64,000 nucleotides of DNA from Leucoraja erinacea (GCF_028641065.1 NC_073403.1:16926001-16990000), one strand, 5' to 3'. Shown: positions 22,998 to 36,404, numbered from the stretch's first letter. Translations and numbers: made by a program. Notes: generated by a model from the letters alone, not told the origin.

Positions 22998-24212
22998 GAC
23001 GACATGACCTGTCAAAGTCACTCAATCTGATCACCACATTGCAACACAAAAATGACTTTGCATATTCCAGTGCAGTTCTGAGGAAATGCAGCATTTTTGT
23101 AAGTGCTATCTTTCCAAAGAGTCCCTGCCTGCTCCCTCAGATGGCACAGCGAGCCCTGGGCACTGTGTGACAGAGGAGCAGTGGACCAAGCCCCTGGGGC
23201 CTGGTATATATAGTTCCCTTGCTAAACATCTCCAAATCACGTTATGTAGTCATCTGTGGAAGTCTGCCGTCATAAATTGACTGAGAATTTATTCCATAAA
23301 CTTCGAGCAGCAAGTTCACTCGATTATATTTCTGTACCGAGGAAAGTCTCTCGCTTTCCAGCTTCAAAACGTTGGCACCTTCTTGGAGGCAGGAACTTGG
23401 GGGCTGGGTTAGAAATGAAGCAATGCTATGGGAAGACACCACTGTCTGGTCTGATTTAGATCAACTGTTTTTCTAGTGTTACTTACTGTCTGGTAGGGTT
23501 GCGTTGAGTGGGACAATATGGCACATTTACTTTCCAATAAGCTCCCGCCAGACATGATGTATTGCATGCTTGCATATACTGTAAACCCGATACTCTGATA
23601 TTTTTTTTCACTTGCAGTGATTAAGATCGCCAGTGCATGAATTTCTTCAAGGGAAGTCTATGTTTATGTAACTTGAACATAATTGCAGTTATTATATATC
23701 CGCCAGCAGCCCATTCCCCTGTATCAGGCTCATAATTTCGCTCTCTGCAAGTTGAATGCTGTATTTTCTCTCACAGTTTTCCACTTGTGTGAAATGTACA
23801 GTATACTGTTAAATCAAACATAGCCGATCATTAACATTTTTTCCAAGAGTACCAGTAGGATTTAGTTGTGGACTCACATTTCTTTCTCTCCCTTCAGATG
23901 GTGTCAGTGCCCTGCCTCAAGTTCTGCTGTGCATTTCATCCCAATTAACCAAGTCACACAAATGTGTTTTCCCAATTTGAAATTTCAGAAGCTGTTCACA
24001 ACAATCCACATTTTGCACATGAAACCAGCAAAGTGCCTCAATAGGGGATGCTGGTTTAGGGGATGCATGTTTTTGATGAACTGTTTCCACATGTTCCTTA
24101 ACAACACTCATAGGACTGCTATACATAAACATCGTGAGGGTATGGTTCTTAACACATTGAAGTTGTCAGGGTAAAAGGTAATGAAATCAAAAACAGCACA
24201 ATTTTGTTTCTT

Positions 24213-24430
24213 GTGTAGGAAAGAACTGTAGCAGATGCTGGTTTAAATCGAAGATAGACACATGGAGTAATGCTGGAGTAACTCAGGGGGATAGGTAGCA
24301 ACTCTGGAGAGAAGGAATGGGTGACGTTTCGGGTCGAGACCCTTCTTCAGACTGAAACGTCACCCATTCCTTCTCTCCAGAGATGCTGCCTGTTCGGCTG
24401 AGTTACTCCAGCATTCTGTGTCTATCTTCG
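24213..24430. mobile_element. Penelope-derived inverted dimer with 12-bp TSD
   Basis: ATTTTGTTTCTT at 24201-24212 and 24431-24442; intact core on the minus strand at 24323-24350. Confidence 0.85.
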
Positions 24431-24871
24431 ATTTTGTTTCTTAATTTACAGGTTTAGATTTGCTGAGTTTATGCAGAAACCTGTACAGGATAAGGGCTAA
24501 TTTGAGAATCTGCAAACAGATTCAGAGACCCAAGAGACTGCCGACGCAGATGGAAAGCAAAGTGCTGGAGGAACTCAGCGGGTCAGGCGGCATCTGTGGA
24601 GAGAATGGACAGACACTGTTTTGTGTCAGGACCCTTCTTCAGGTGGAAGAGGTGGCGGATTTGGGAGGTGCTATTGGAGTTGTTTGGACAAGTGACTGCA
24701 ATGCATTTTGTGGATGGTACACACTCTAGCTAATAGACATGCATGGTGGAGGCACTGAATGTGTCGTGTGGGTATTTGGTTGTAACTCTATATTTTTGGC
24801 TTTGATTTATTCCACTCCTTCGGGACTCCAGGTAATAATCGGACTACAGTTGGGTTCATTACTTTTCTTTA

Positions 24872-25565
24872 AGGGCCTGTCCCACTTACGTGTCCTTGGC
24901 CCACAAATTATGCGACCTCGTGGTCGCGTTGAGACGCACGGGCATCATATGGCCACGCGGGGCCAGTCCCACTTAGAAGCGCGGAGGGGTATGTAGTTGT
25001 GCGCGACATCGCGCGGGGCTCCGAATTATTGTAGTGAACAAAATTTTTACGCGCCAACGGCCTGTCGCGGAACTGACGGCCAAAGTGGGACAGGCTCAAG
25101 ACCCAGGCGCGACGCAACGTCTCACCTCCAACAGCAGCAGAAGCAGGCAAACGATCGCCAAACACGGCCTGGGGATCATGGCCGTTGCGGTCCGGATCCG
25201 CCCCCACTTCTACTCCCAGAGCGGGGCCAAGAAAATTGACGATAGACACAAAATGCAGGAGTAACTCAGCGGGACCGGCAGCATCTCTGGAGAGAAGCAA
25301 TGGGTGACGTTTCGGGTCAAGACCCTTCTTTTTAGACTGAAGAAGGGTCTCGACCCGAAACGTCACCCATTGCTTCTCTCCAGAGATGCTGCCGGTCCCG
25401 CTGAGTTACTCCAGCTTTGTGTCCATCTTCAAGTGACGTCACGCACTCCAGACGGCTGTGCGTACGCATGGAATCACGCCCAACCTTTGCGGGACCGTCG
25501 CAGCTCAACACGACCATGAGGTCGCATCATTTGCGTGCCAAGGACACGTAAGTGGGACAGGCCCT
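24872..25565. mobile_element. PIF/Harbinger-type MITE with cargo
   Basis: ~62-bp TIR starting AGGGCCTGTCCCACTTACGTGTCCTTGGC (first 29 bp perfect); TTA TSD at 24869-24871 and 25566-25568. Confidence 0.9.
25337..25364 (+). ncRNA. Minimal type I hammerhead ribozyme-like core (best-preserved copy)
   Basis: CUGAAGA-A-GGGU(CUCG)ACCC-GAAAC-GUC; helix I pairing is weak, so activity is unproven. Confidence 0.55.
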
Positions 25566-26171
25566 TTAATCACAGGTAATCACAGTGGTAGGTAACTGAA
25601 CAAGGCATCTCCACATGTCCTCTGGCGAGATTTTGCACAACAACAAACAAGTCTAGCTCAATTGCCGGTAGGAACCAAACTTGAAGTGAGACTGACTAAC
25701 CAATATCCCACACAATAATAACAATACAAACAGTGGTTATATAACAACAGTTATAGTAATAACAATAATATTACTGAAGGATAACTATACAATACAATAA
25801 ACTTAGATTTCAGGGTGTTAATCTAGTGGGCTCCATTATCCTGGATAAAACACTGTTACAATGTAACCATTGGTGTTATGTTAAGAAAGCAGCCATTTTG
25901 CACATAGCAACAACTATTATTCAATTGAAAGGTGTTGCATAATCCTTTGAATCTTAAGTGAGATGGCCTGACCATTTAACATTGTGAAAGTAGGTCAGTG
26001 TAGGAATGTCAAGGGTCAAGGGTCAAGAGGTAAGAATGTTAAATTGTCATATGTACCAGCAGTTACAATGAATGTCTTACTTGCTGCAGCTTAATAAGGC
26101 CTTTTAATGCAAAACACACAGATAAATGAACTAATAATCCATAATACAATACTGACCTCGAGTGCAGTCAA

Positions 26172-26382
26172 TACGGAGTTTACACGTTCTCCTTGTGACC
26201 GCGTGGGTTTTCCCTGGTTTCCCCTTGCTCTCCAAAGACGTGTAGGTTTGTAGGTTATTTGGCTTCTGTAAATAGTCCTTAGTTTGTTAGATAGAACCAG
26301 TGTACGGGTGATCGCTGGCCAATGTGGACTCAGTGAATTGAAGAGCCTGCTTCCACGCTGTTTTCTAAACTAAACTAAACTA
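26172..26382 (+). mobile_element. HE1-type SINE, 5'-truncated
   Basis: Central domain and TAAAC tail. Confidence 0.8.
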
Positions 26383-26916
26383 TTGGCTCTTGAACACGAC
26401 CAGACATTAACATCAGCAAGTATGATCTTCTATGGTTTGTGTCTTTGGTTGCACCAAGGAAATCAGTTTTGCACTATTTGGTTACCTATTACTGTTATTA
26501 ATTCATCATGTGATTGATCATGATATATTTATTTGTGCGTTGCATTAATGGGCCATTAAAGCTGCAGCACATCAGAATTTCATTCTTCCATTGCTGGTAC
26601 ATATGACAATTAAACACTCTTGACCCTTGACCTATTGTGCCAGGATATCCAATAAGTGTGTGCACTCTTCAGTCGGTAGGAACCAATGGGAGGGGGTTTG
26701 TGCCGTGGGACAGGCAAGGACAGTGTGCAGTAATTAACTGGTGGCAGCCACAGAGAGGACTCCCCTTCTTTACAACCATCCACCACCCCATCACCACTGG
26801 GTCTGGGTGAGCTCATCAGGACTGCAGTCAGCAATGCAGGTCCCTGGACAGATTAATATTAGATTAATAGAAGATTAGAAGAATAGAATAAACAATAAAT
26901 TAATAGAAGAATTTAA

Positions 26917-27242
26917 GGGTGGCATGATGGTGCAATGGTAGAGTTGTTGCCTTACAGCGCTTGCAGCGCCAGAAGCCCAGGTTCGATCCCAACTACGGGT
27001 GCTGTCTGTATGGAGTTTGCACATTCTCCCTGTAACCGCATGGGTTTTATCCAAGATCTTCGGTTTCCTCCCACACTCCAAGCACGAACAAGTTTACAGG
27101 TTAATTAGCTTGGTATAAATGTAAAAAATTGTCCCTAGCGTGTATAGGATAGTGTTAATGTGGGGGGATCATTGGTTGGTGCAGACTCGGTGGGCCGAAG
27201 GGCCTGTTTCCGTGCTATATAACTAAACTAAACTAAACTAAA
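26917..27242 (+). mobile_element. HE1-type SINE, full length
   Basis: Head with GGTTCGATCC B-box; TAAAC tail. Confidence 0.9.
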
Positions 27243-30200
27243 TGAATAGAAGAATAGAATAAAGATTAATAGAAGAAGGGTTTCAACCCTAAATGTCACC
27301 TATCCATTCCCTCCACAGACTCTGCCTGGCCTGCTGTATTCGCCCAGCACTTTTTATTTTGCTCAAGATTCCAGCACCTGCAGTTCCTTGTGCTCCCTGA
27401 TTAACATTGCTGAAAGGCATTCTGGCATCTCCCAGTCCTGCAAGAAAGAATCAAACTTCAGTACTACCAGGCATGTTGAGTTTCGTCACCCATCCAACTG
27501 GACAGAGTGTGATTATAGCTGGAATCTTCAGAGATAAAATAAAATAATTAATATCCATATTAGAGTGGTTAATTGCTTGAAACTGCTGGTGCTTTAGACA
27601 TTTTTTTGCAAAGGAGAGCTGACTGTGTCAATGATGATAGTGGAGCAGTTAGAACACTGACATCATTTTGATGGGATACCAGACAAAGGCAATGAAAATC
27701 AACCATTTAGGCATCATAAAAAGAACTGTTCCACTTCCGCACATAAATCTCCAACAATTCAAAGCTGTCAATAACACCAAACATTGCTATTAGGCAGGAT
27801 CAGCACTCTGTCCCTGAAGTGAATGGAACTGAAGGTCGAAGATAAAATGCCATGTGCTGACAGCACTGCATCATCACCACCTACCGGGATGTGTTTCCAG
27901 GGCACGAGAATCTGAGCTTCATCAGAACGTAATGATTTTTTTTTTTGATTAAAAATTACTTCACTCACAATTCTCCACCACAATTAGCCAACAGTGTGAC
28001 ATGAAATGTTTTGGGAACAGAGATTATTAAGACACCCACCTGCAACAACGTCAGGGCACTTAGCTGGTGGAATCCAGCCAGCCAACCTCTCCAAGTGGTG
28101 CTTTTTCTCCACTCTGCTTCAGGAGTAAGGAGTGGAAAGTTGAGTTGGCTGCAGACACAAGGCCACAGTGTTAATTTTCCAATGGCTCACAAAAAGAACT
28201 TCTGAATCGAGTTTGCCAAATGCCTATATTTATTTCTGAGCACATTTTGAACTTGGCAAGGGGTTTGATACATTGAACTGAAATATGTATTTGGGAAAGA
28301 CTTCTATAGAGGAGGAAGGATGGAAATTCTGAAAAGCTTTTGTTGCATGCTAACCAGTTAGCAGAAAGACAATGCATGATTGCAAATCGAGCCATTTACA
28401 ATGTATAGAAACATGATAAGGGAATACCATTTAGTGCAAGGTAAAGCCAGTAAAGTCCGATCAAAGATCGTCCGAGAGTCACCAATGAGGTAGATAGTAG
28501 TTCAGGACTCTTCTATAGTAGTGGTATGATGGTTCAGTTGCCTGTTGGCAACTTAAGGCAATGTCTATTGGAGTTTGATTAAGCTGAGCAAGACATGGGT
28601 ATATAGAACGAGCTATCGATGAAGTAGTTGAGGCAGGTATAAAAACAACTTTTAAAAGATATTTGAACAGGTACATGGATAGGAAATGTTCAGAGGAATG
28701 TGGGCCAAAGGTGGCCAAAGGGTCTCGATGGATGGGGCATCTCTGTCAAATATTAGGCTGAAAGGCTTGATTCCACACTCTGTGACTATAATTCGAATTG
28801 TTAATGTTACATTTATGACTGAGGGATTTTTGATAAGCAAAGGCATTGAAGGAAATTAAATAGGAAAAAGGTCGGCATTTGGAGTTGCTCTGATCTGCTC
28901 AACTTTCATTGAAGGATGGAACAAACACAATATGTTAACAAGCCTACTCTTGTTAAAATTAGCAGATTATACGTGATTATGATTTTTTTTAAACATGCGT
29001 GAGGCCAAATTTATACTTAATTTTATATGCTACGCAGCTGATTAAATTATCTTTTAAATATTGCACATTTTCAAACAGTGAATAGCACTAAAGACAAGTC
29101 CAAATCTTGACTGTTCTAAGTGGTGGGGGGCTCACTTATATTTCTCCCATATCGGTTTAGGGGTATGTTCTCCAGAGAAGAGCTTGGCGTCTAATACATT
29201 TGGGGACAATTGATTAGCACGGGATGTCAGGGGCTTTGGGGAGAAGGCAGGAGAATGGGGTTTTTGAGGGAAAGATAGATCAGCCACAATTGAATAGCAG
29301 AGTAGACCCGATGGGCCAAATGGCCTAATTCTGCTCCCATCACTTATGACCTCATGAACAACACCTCGTGTGTGATATTTTACGATCTCTCTTCAATTGC
29401 AGCAGGAATTGCTAGATTTCAATCAAGAACAATAACATTGAGTGACATAAAATAAATGGATTGATAAAATCCATTAAAATATCACATGAGGGATTGTTCA
29501 CAAATGTATTAAGCAATGCGCAACCAGAGGAAATTATATCGCTCACTTGTCAGAATTTTGAGCATTTTCTGTGGTGTTTCATCTGGAAGAAGTTTGACTG
29601 AAACTCAGACATTCATTCAAAACTTTTCCATCTGCACAAAGCCAGGTGGAAGATTTACTGACAGGCGAATGACTTCAATGTCATTATTTTAAGCTATAAC
29701 TGGGCATTATTCTTGCCACTGTCAGCAACCTATCATCCTCATTTCCATCGTTCCTCTCTTTCCCAGAAGATGAAGCTTTTTTTCTCATTCTCATTACTAA
29801 CTAGTCTATACCTTTGAAATCATTTCTGTTCTCACCTCTCATCCATCCACGACTCCTACTCTCTCTTCTGGCACACCCTTGCAATGTATCTGAAGGAAAC
29901 TGTGGATCCTGCCAGGGTTCCAGCACAGTGCACAACACTGAACCATTGAACAAGGGTGTACATTTCCACAAGGAGCTCCTGACACATTGTGCTTACATCA
30001 TATGTGTACACATGATGATATCCTTCTGACCACATGATGTCACTATTTACACAACTGTATCCAAATACTTCGTACTGCTTCCCCTCTTTGTGCAAACACT
30101 TCCCACGTTTATGTGCAACCATTACAGATTCAGTCTTTGCCTGATCATACGCTAATCCGCATGATCTTCTCAGATGTACATTTGTCCCTGTCTCTGCTGA

Positions 30201-30372
30201 GTCGTTGACTCTGTTGAGCAACCTAGTACCTGTTCCTCACAATACTCGTGCATATGATCATAAATGCAACTTGACTTGACTTGTGGGGCAATTCTTGTGG
30301 TGGTCATCTTCACTTGCCACCAGATTCAAGAACAATGTCTTCCGTTTTGTAATCAACCTCTCACATGCTAAG

Positions 30373-30622
30373 TGTCGGAAGGAACTGCAGATGCTTGTTG
30401 AAACCAAAGATAGACACAAAAAGCTGGAGTAACTCGGTGGGTCAGACAGCATCTCTGGAGGAAAGGAATAGGTGATGTTTTGGGTCGAGACCCTTCTTCA
30501 GACTGACAGGGTCCCTGACTCTCAGACTGAAGAAGGGTCTCAACCCAAAATGTAACCTATTCATTCCTTTTCTCCAGAGAAGCTGTGTGACCCGCTGTGT
30601 TACTCCAGTTTTTTTGTGTCTA
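30373..30622. mobile_element. Penelope-derived inverted dimer with 14-bp TSD
   Basis: TCTCA(C/T)ATGCTAAG at 30359-30372 and 30623-30636; two opposed CTGAAGAAGGGTC cores. Confidence 0.85.
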
Positions 30623-30856
30623 TCTCATATGCTAAGGATGAGTTCCTGATCTTCCAATCTACCTTGTTGCGGCTTTCACTTTGCGTTTAATCTGCACTTT
30701 CTCTGTTGCTGTAGGGTTTGGTTCCTTCTTCAGACTGTAATTGTAGAGTTTGTTTTCTTGAGACTTCTTGAGGAAAACCGGCTCTATCTGCACTGATCTT
30801 GTATTGAAGACAACACTCCTTCCTGTCTGCATTATGTTTTATTTTGCTCTGTGTAG

Positions 30857-30961
30857 TTATGATGAGCACTTAGACTTCTTAAAAGAGCGGGGAATGTTAA
30901 CTACTAGACTGACTCAGGCTGTTTGCTGCTACATGAAGCAATCCTTGATTCTGGACCAAAG
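30857..30961 (+). CDS. Candidate internal coding exon (105 nt, phase 2-2), host gene not recognised
   Basis: Polypyrimidine acceptor TTTTATTTTGCTCTGTGTAG, donor AAG|GTATGG, open frame YDEHLDFLKERGMLTTRLTQAVCCYMKQSLILDQ in non-repeat DNA. Confidence 0.4.
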
Positions 30962-31613
30962 GTATGGGTGTTTGCCTTCGACTGTAGACCATGGTTAGAC
31001 CTTAGATAACCAGCACCTCCAAAAAGTTAAATACTAGATTTTCATAATATTTGGATTTTCATTTATCTTTTGGCTATTAGTTAGTTACATTAGAAGTGGA
31101 CTGGGTCATAAAATTAAAACAGAAGAGGGGGAATACATTGATGGAAAAAATTGTTGATACATGCAACTTAATTTTTAATTGATATGCGTGCTGGCACTTT
31201 TTAGTCTACAGAGAAATCACTGGCTACAACTATGGTTTACGTAGGTTGGACTTTCCTGGCATTTTTCATTGAAATATTGATGCCTAACAACATTAAATGT
31301 ATAATCCTGTCTCCAAACCACACATGAACCTTTCTCTGAGTGCATCATCTCAAAACTCCTGATAGTATCATCTACGTGTTCATATTTTCTCTCAAGTCAT
31401 GAGGTCATAAGGTCATAAGTGTTCGGAGTTGAAGTTCGGCCCATTAAGTCTACTCCGCCATTCAATCATGGCTGATCTATCTCTCCCTCCGAACTCCATT
31501 CTCCTGCCATCTCCCCATAACCCCTGAAACCTGTACTAATCAAGAACCTATCTCTGATAAGTCTGGCAGTGTGGGCTGATGCTCAGCCTCTAATGCTCCA
31601 GAGAAAACAATCC

Positions 31614-32926
31614 ACGTTTGCCCAACCTCTATTGTCACTGTACCCAAAAAGGCAAGGATTACTTGTCTTAATGACTACAGGCCTGTCGCACTGACCTCTG
31701 TAGTCATGAAGACACTCGAAAGGCTTGTGCAGGCCAAGCTGAAAAATACTCCCTGCTGGACCCTCTGCAATTTGCATATCGGGCCAATAGATCTGTGGAT
31801 GATGCAGTCAGCTTGGGCCTGCACTTCATCCTACAGCACCTAGACCACCAGGGGACCTATGTGAGGATCCTGTTTGATGATTTTAGCTCTGCATTCAACA
31901 CCATTGTGCCAGAGCTACTACACTCCAAACTTTCCGAGTTGACTGTGCCTGAACCCCTTTGTCAGTGGATCACCAACTTCCTGACAGACAGGAAGCAGCA
32001 TGTGAGGCTGGGAAAGCACATCTCGGACCCGCAAACACTCAGCATAGGAGCATCGCAAGGCTGCGCACTCTCTCCTCTCCTCTACTCTCTCTACACCAAC
32101 GACTACACCTCCACAGACACCTCTGTCAAGCTTCTCAAGTTTGCGGACTCCTGATTCAGGATGGGGAGGAATCTGCCTACAGACAGGAAGTGTCACAGCT
32201 GGCGTCCTGGTGCCGTAACAACAATCTAGAGCTCAATGCTCTTAAGACAGTGGAATTGATTGTAGACTTTAGGAGAGCTCCCTCTCTCCTCACCCCACTC
32301 ACCATCAACAACACCACAGTCACATCTGTGGAGTTTTTTAAGTTCCTGGGAACCATCTTCTCCAAGGACCTTATGTGAGGGGTTACCATCAACTCCACAG
32401 TCAAAAAGGCACAACAGAGGATGTACTTCCTGCGGCAGCTGAGGAAGCCCAATCTGCCACAGGCAATGATAGTCCAATTCTACACGGCCATCTTAGAATC
32501 TGTTCTCACCTTCTCCGTCATGGTCTGGTTTGGCTCAGCCACCAAGCATGACTCCTGGAAGCTGCAGCGAATCGTCCGATTAGCAGAGAAGGTTATTGGC
32601 TGCAACCTTCCCTCCATTGATGAACTGTACACTGCAAGGGCCTGGAAGCGAGCGGGCAAGATCATCTCTGACCCCTCTCACCCTGGCCACAAACTCTTTG
32701 AATCACTTCCCTCTGGAAGGCGACCCCGGCCTGTCAAAGCTGCCACAGCCAGACATAAAAACAGATTTTATCCACAAGTAGTTGCTCTACTCAACAGCCA
32801 AAAATCTGTAGCCTCCCTTTGATCTGGTATTTTGTTGGTTCACATGCTTGATCAATGATGTTTTATCATTAATGTTTTATTATTATTAATGTTTAGTGTT
32901 TTCTGAGTCATTCGTAACTGTCACTT
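31614..32926 (+). mobile_element. Rex1/Babar-like LINE, RT-containing 3' half (frameshifted)
   Basis: LNDYRPVALTSVVMK, DFSSAFNTIVP, GASQGCALSPLLYSLYT, KFAD, QRMYFLRQLRK, LPSGRR motifs. Confidence 0.95.
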
Positions 32927-33547
32927 AAGTTGCATACTTACTTAAGTCTGATTGTGTTTTACCTCTCTTTTTAAACTGTTTTCCCCCTCTGACTCACTTC
33001 TAACTCTCCTCCCACTCGGGCTTGAGCCAATCAGTGCTTTTTCCTGCTTCTCTTTGCTGCTGTTTCTTCAAAATCCACGGAAGCTCTGAGTTGAGCTGCT
33101 GCCTCACAGCGCCAGAGACCCGGGTTTGATCATGACTACGGGCACTGTCTGTACGGAGTTTGCACGTTATTATTAATGCTTAATGTTTTATGTGTTATTC
33201 TTAATTGTCACTGTATGTCATGTTGTCACTTGCGGGTGGAGCACCAAGGCAAATTCTTTGTATGTGAATACTTGGCCAATAAACTTATTCATTCATTAAT
33301 ACCCTCAAATCCAGACACCATTCTGATAAACCCTTCACTTTCTTCCTGCAATGGAGTGATCAGAACTATATGCAATACTTCAAATGCTGCCTAATCAAAG
33401 TCCACAGATTCCCTGAAATGCTCCAAAAATAAATTTGTTAGTTATTTCTCAATTAAAATTACTGCAGTAGATTGTCTGCAAAATTGCCATGATTGCAATT
33501 AAAATAAATGCATTGTCTTTGACATGTCCATAATACTGTGATGTATA

Positions 33548-33870
33548 GGGGAGGCACAGTGGAGCAGCTGGTAAACCCACTGCTTCGCAGCGCCAGAGAC
33601 CCGGGTTCAAACCCGACCCTGGGTGCTGTCTGCGTGGAGATTGCACATTCTCTCCGTGACCATGTACATTTTCTTTAGATCCTCCGGTTTTCATCCCACA
33701 GCCCAAAGACGTGCGGGTTTGCAGGTTAATTGGTCTCTGAGAGAATGGATGAGAGAATGGGATAACATAGAACTAGTGTGAACCGATGATCGATGGGCAG
33801 CATGGACGTGATGGGCCAAAGGGCCTGTTTCTCGAAACCTTTCCCTGCTGTATCTCAAAACTCTGAACTA
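33548..33870 (+). mobile_element. HE1-type SINE variant
   Basis: tRNA-like head, central domain, CR1-like tail. Confidence 0.8.
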
Positions 33871-33908
33871 AATTTCATTTATTCCAAATACTACAAAATG
33901 GCTCCTTG

Positions 33909-33922
33909 CCACAAGATGGCAG
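33909..33922 (+). promoter_or_regulatory. Candidate CTCF motif
   Basis: CCACAAGATGGCAG in unique sequence. Confidence 0.45.
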
Positions 33923-36404
33923 TGTCAGTCACAGTTGGAACAGCTGAAGACATTTTGCAAGCCCCAAACATGTATAGTGTGTGCTGATTGCAAATGAACA
34001 CAAATAAGTTCAAGTTACCTTGACCTTCAAAGGCTGAACACTGGCATTACACTTTCTGGGGAAAAAAATCGAGACTCATGTTAAATGTCCCTTCCTTTTC
34101 CACCTCAGTCACGCACAGACTTGACCTTACCTCCAGAGCTGAACCCACATATAAACTTTCCCCAGCTCCTAAAATCATCTGCACACATGGATCCTGCAAA
34201 ACAGGTCATCTTGTCTTAAGCATCTCGTAGGGAACCTGAAAGTTTCTCAGAAAACTTGCAAAATGTTAAACCTTCCATTTGGTGGCCAATAGATGAATAA
34301 ATACTATTAAACATTTCAAGGATTCATGCTTTTATACTTGGCAGATTTAAAAGTGGAGAAAGAAAGACATTTGAAGCACCTAATTCTTCAGTTTGACTAT
34401 CTCCATTCCCACTATCTAAAGTTAGGTATAGGATTCTCCAATCTGTGCTTATGGTACATTAATGATCAATACCTCATTAGTCTCACTGTAGCCTTCATCA
34501 CAATTGAATATACTTCCGTCACTTGTGAAATCTCTGCCCTTCTAACTTTCATTAGGACTGTAATTTCATTGAAAGAAATGGCTGAGCTTGAGAATTGACG
34601 AAATAGAACCCCGAGGAAATCATTGACTCACTTCTCCTCCCATAGAGAATGGAGTTAGGCCCTTTGGCTCAATGCGTCCCTGCCCCATCTAAGCTAGACC
34701 CATTTACCAATGTTTGGCCCATGCCCCTCGAAAGACCTTTCTCATCCATGTACCCATCCAAATGTATTTTTAATGTTGTTCTCTCACCTGTCTCAACTAC
34801 TTCCTCTGGCTGCTCTTTTCATATACCCTCTGTGTGAAAATGTTACTCCTCAGATTCCTAGTAAATCTTTTCCCTGTCACCTTAAACCTATGTCCTCTGG
34901 TCCTCAATTTAAATCTATTAAATCTTTCCCCACTCGCTCTAAGCATAATATGCCATTCAGCAAGATCATGCATTTCAAATCCACTTTTCACTTAATTTCC
35001 ACACGCCCCGAACACCTCTGAAAGTCTGAAAGTCTATCATTTCCAGGTTTGTGGATACATCAATGATTGAGCAAGGACAGGCCTCCAGGGTACTAAAAAT
35101 CTCCTCTTTATCCTCTGGATTAAGACATTTCTTGTCCTTTCAGCACTAAATGGTTGACTTCTTTTTCCTGAGGCTGTACCTCTTGCCAATGCTCAAATAA
35201 CACCCAATACCACCTCTTTACCACCATGTAAAACCATCAAATCAACTCCAGTCAAAGTTATTGTCAAATGCACAAGTACACACACCGCATATGACAATAA
35301 ACTCGATTTGATAACCATCAAGTACTTCTGTATTACCGGACTGCTTGTTTGACAGTGAGCTGCCATTTCCTCCAGCTAATCATGAGAAGCTATTGTCCTT
35401 GGCCTCCTGCCTCTACTGGACATAATGCTTAGGAAGGCAGATGGTAGGAATTGCTTCCTCCTTCCCAGTTACTGTATCTGACTGAAATAGATAGTTCACT
35501 GCCCCAACATCCTATCTAATGTTGAATCATGTTTCTGATCTCATTGCCTCTTCTCCGTCTTCCTCTTCTGTAACAACACCCAGTTTTCCCTTGTCTCAAC
35601 CCATCTGTTGTTGAAAATGAATGTTCGTTGTCGCATTCATCCAATTCTCCCTAACCGACCTCCCATCCGTTCTGCAAATGTCAGCTCACCAAAGCATTGC
35701 TGCCAGCATCCCATTCCTCAATGATTCTCACTTGTCCGTCACCCCTGCCCTTGCCAACCTGTCTCATCACTCCCTCTCATCTCTTTATACTGACTACCTC
35801 CCTTATATACTGCCAGTCCTGATGTAGGGGCTCAACACAAAATGTTGGCCTCCACAGATGCTGCCTGATTCGCTGAGTTCCACCAGCACTTTGTCTTTTG
35901 CTCCAGTTTCCAACATCTGCAGTCTGCTGTGTCTCCAAAAGTACGTTCTTAGACTGATGACGCAGTTGCCCGAAAGTGTTTCGGGAAAATCGTGGCTATG
36001 ATATTTCAGTAATTGTGTAATGACTGGAGGAATTGATGACCGCAGCCCAGAATGTAGGTCACTCACTGGTCATCACAGTTTAACCGCAATGCTCTTGGGA
36101 ATGATTGATATGATATGTGTCAAGTCCGTGAATATCTCAATCTCCTTGCACGTTGCCCTTCACTATTGATTCAATGAAATGATTGCCTCAGCCGGATTCT
36201 GATATCTTTGGAAATAAAAAAATCAGAAAGTAATAGTAAAGATAGCAAAATAAAGCTACGGAATGATATTGGGTGAGATCAGGTTGATCTGAAGATCAAA
36301 TCCATTTGGCATTGACCCTGATGAGAAAGCACATCTGGCATCACCATACACCAGCTCCTATTTCAGTGAGTCACTTGGGCTGCCTTGATGTTTTAGTGCC
36401 AATG

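Noticed and set aside
31795-32822. RT ORFs as an active retroelement or domesticated gene
   Set aside because: 5'-truncated and frameshifted, with a stop codon and a damaged catalytic FADD region.
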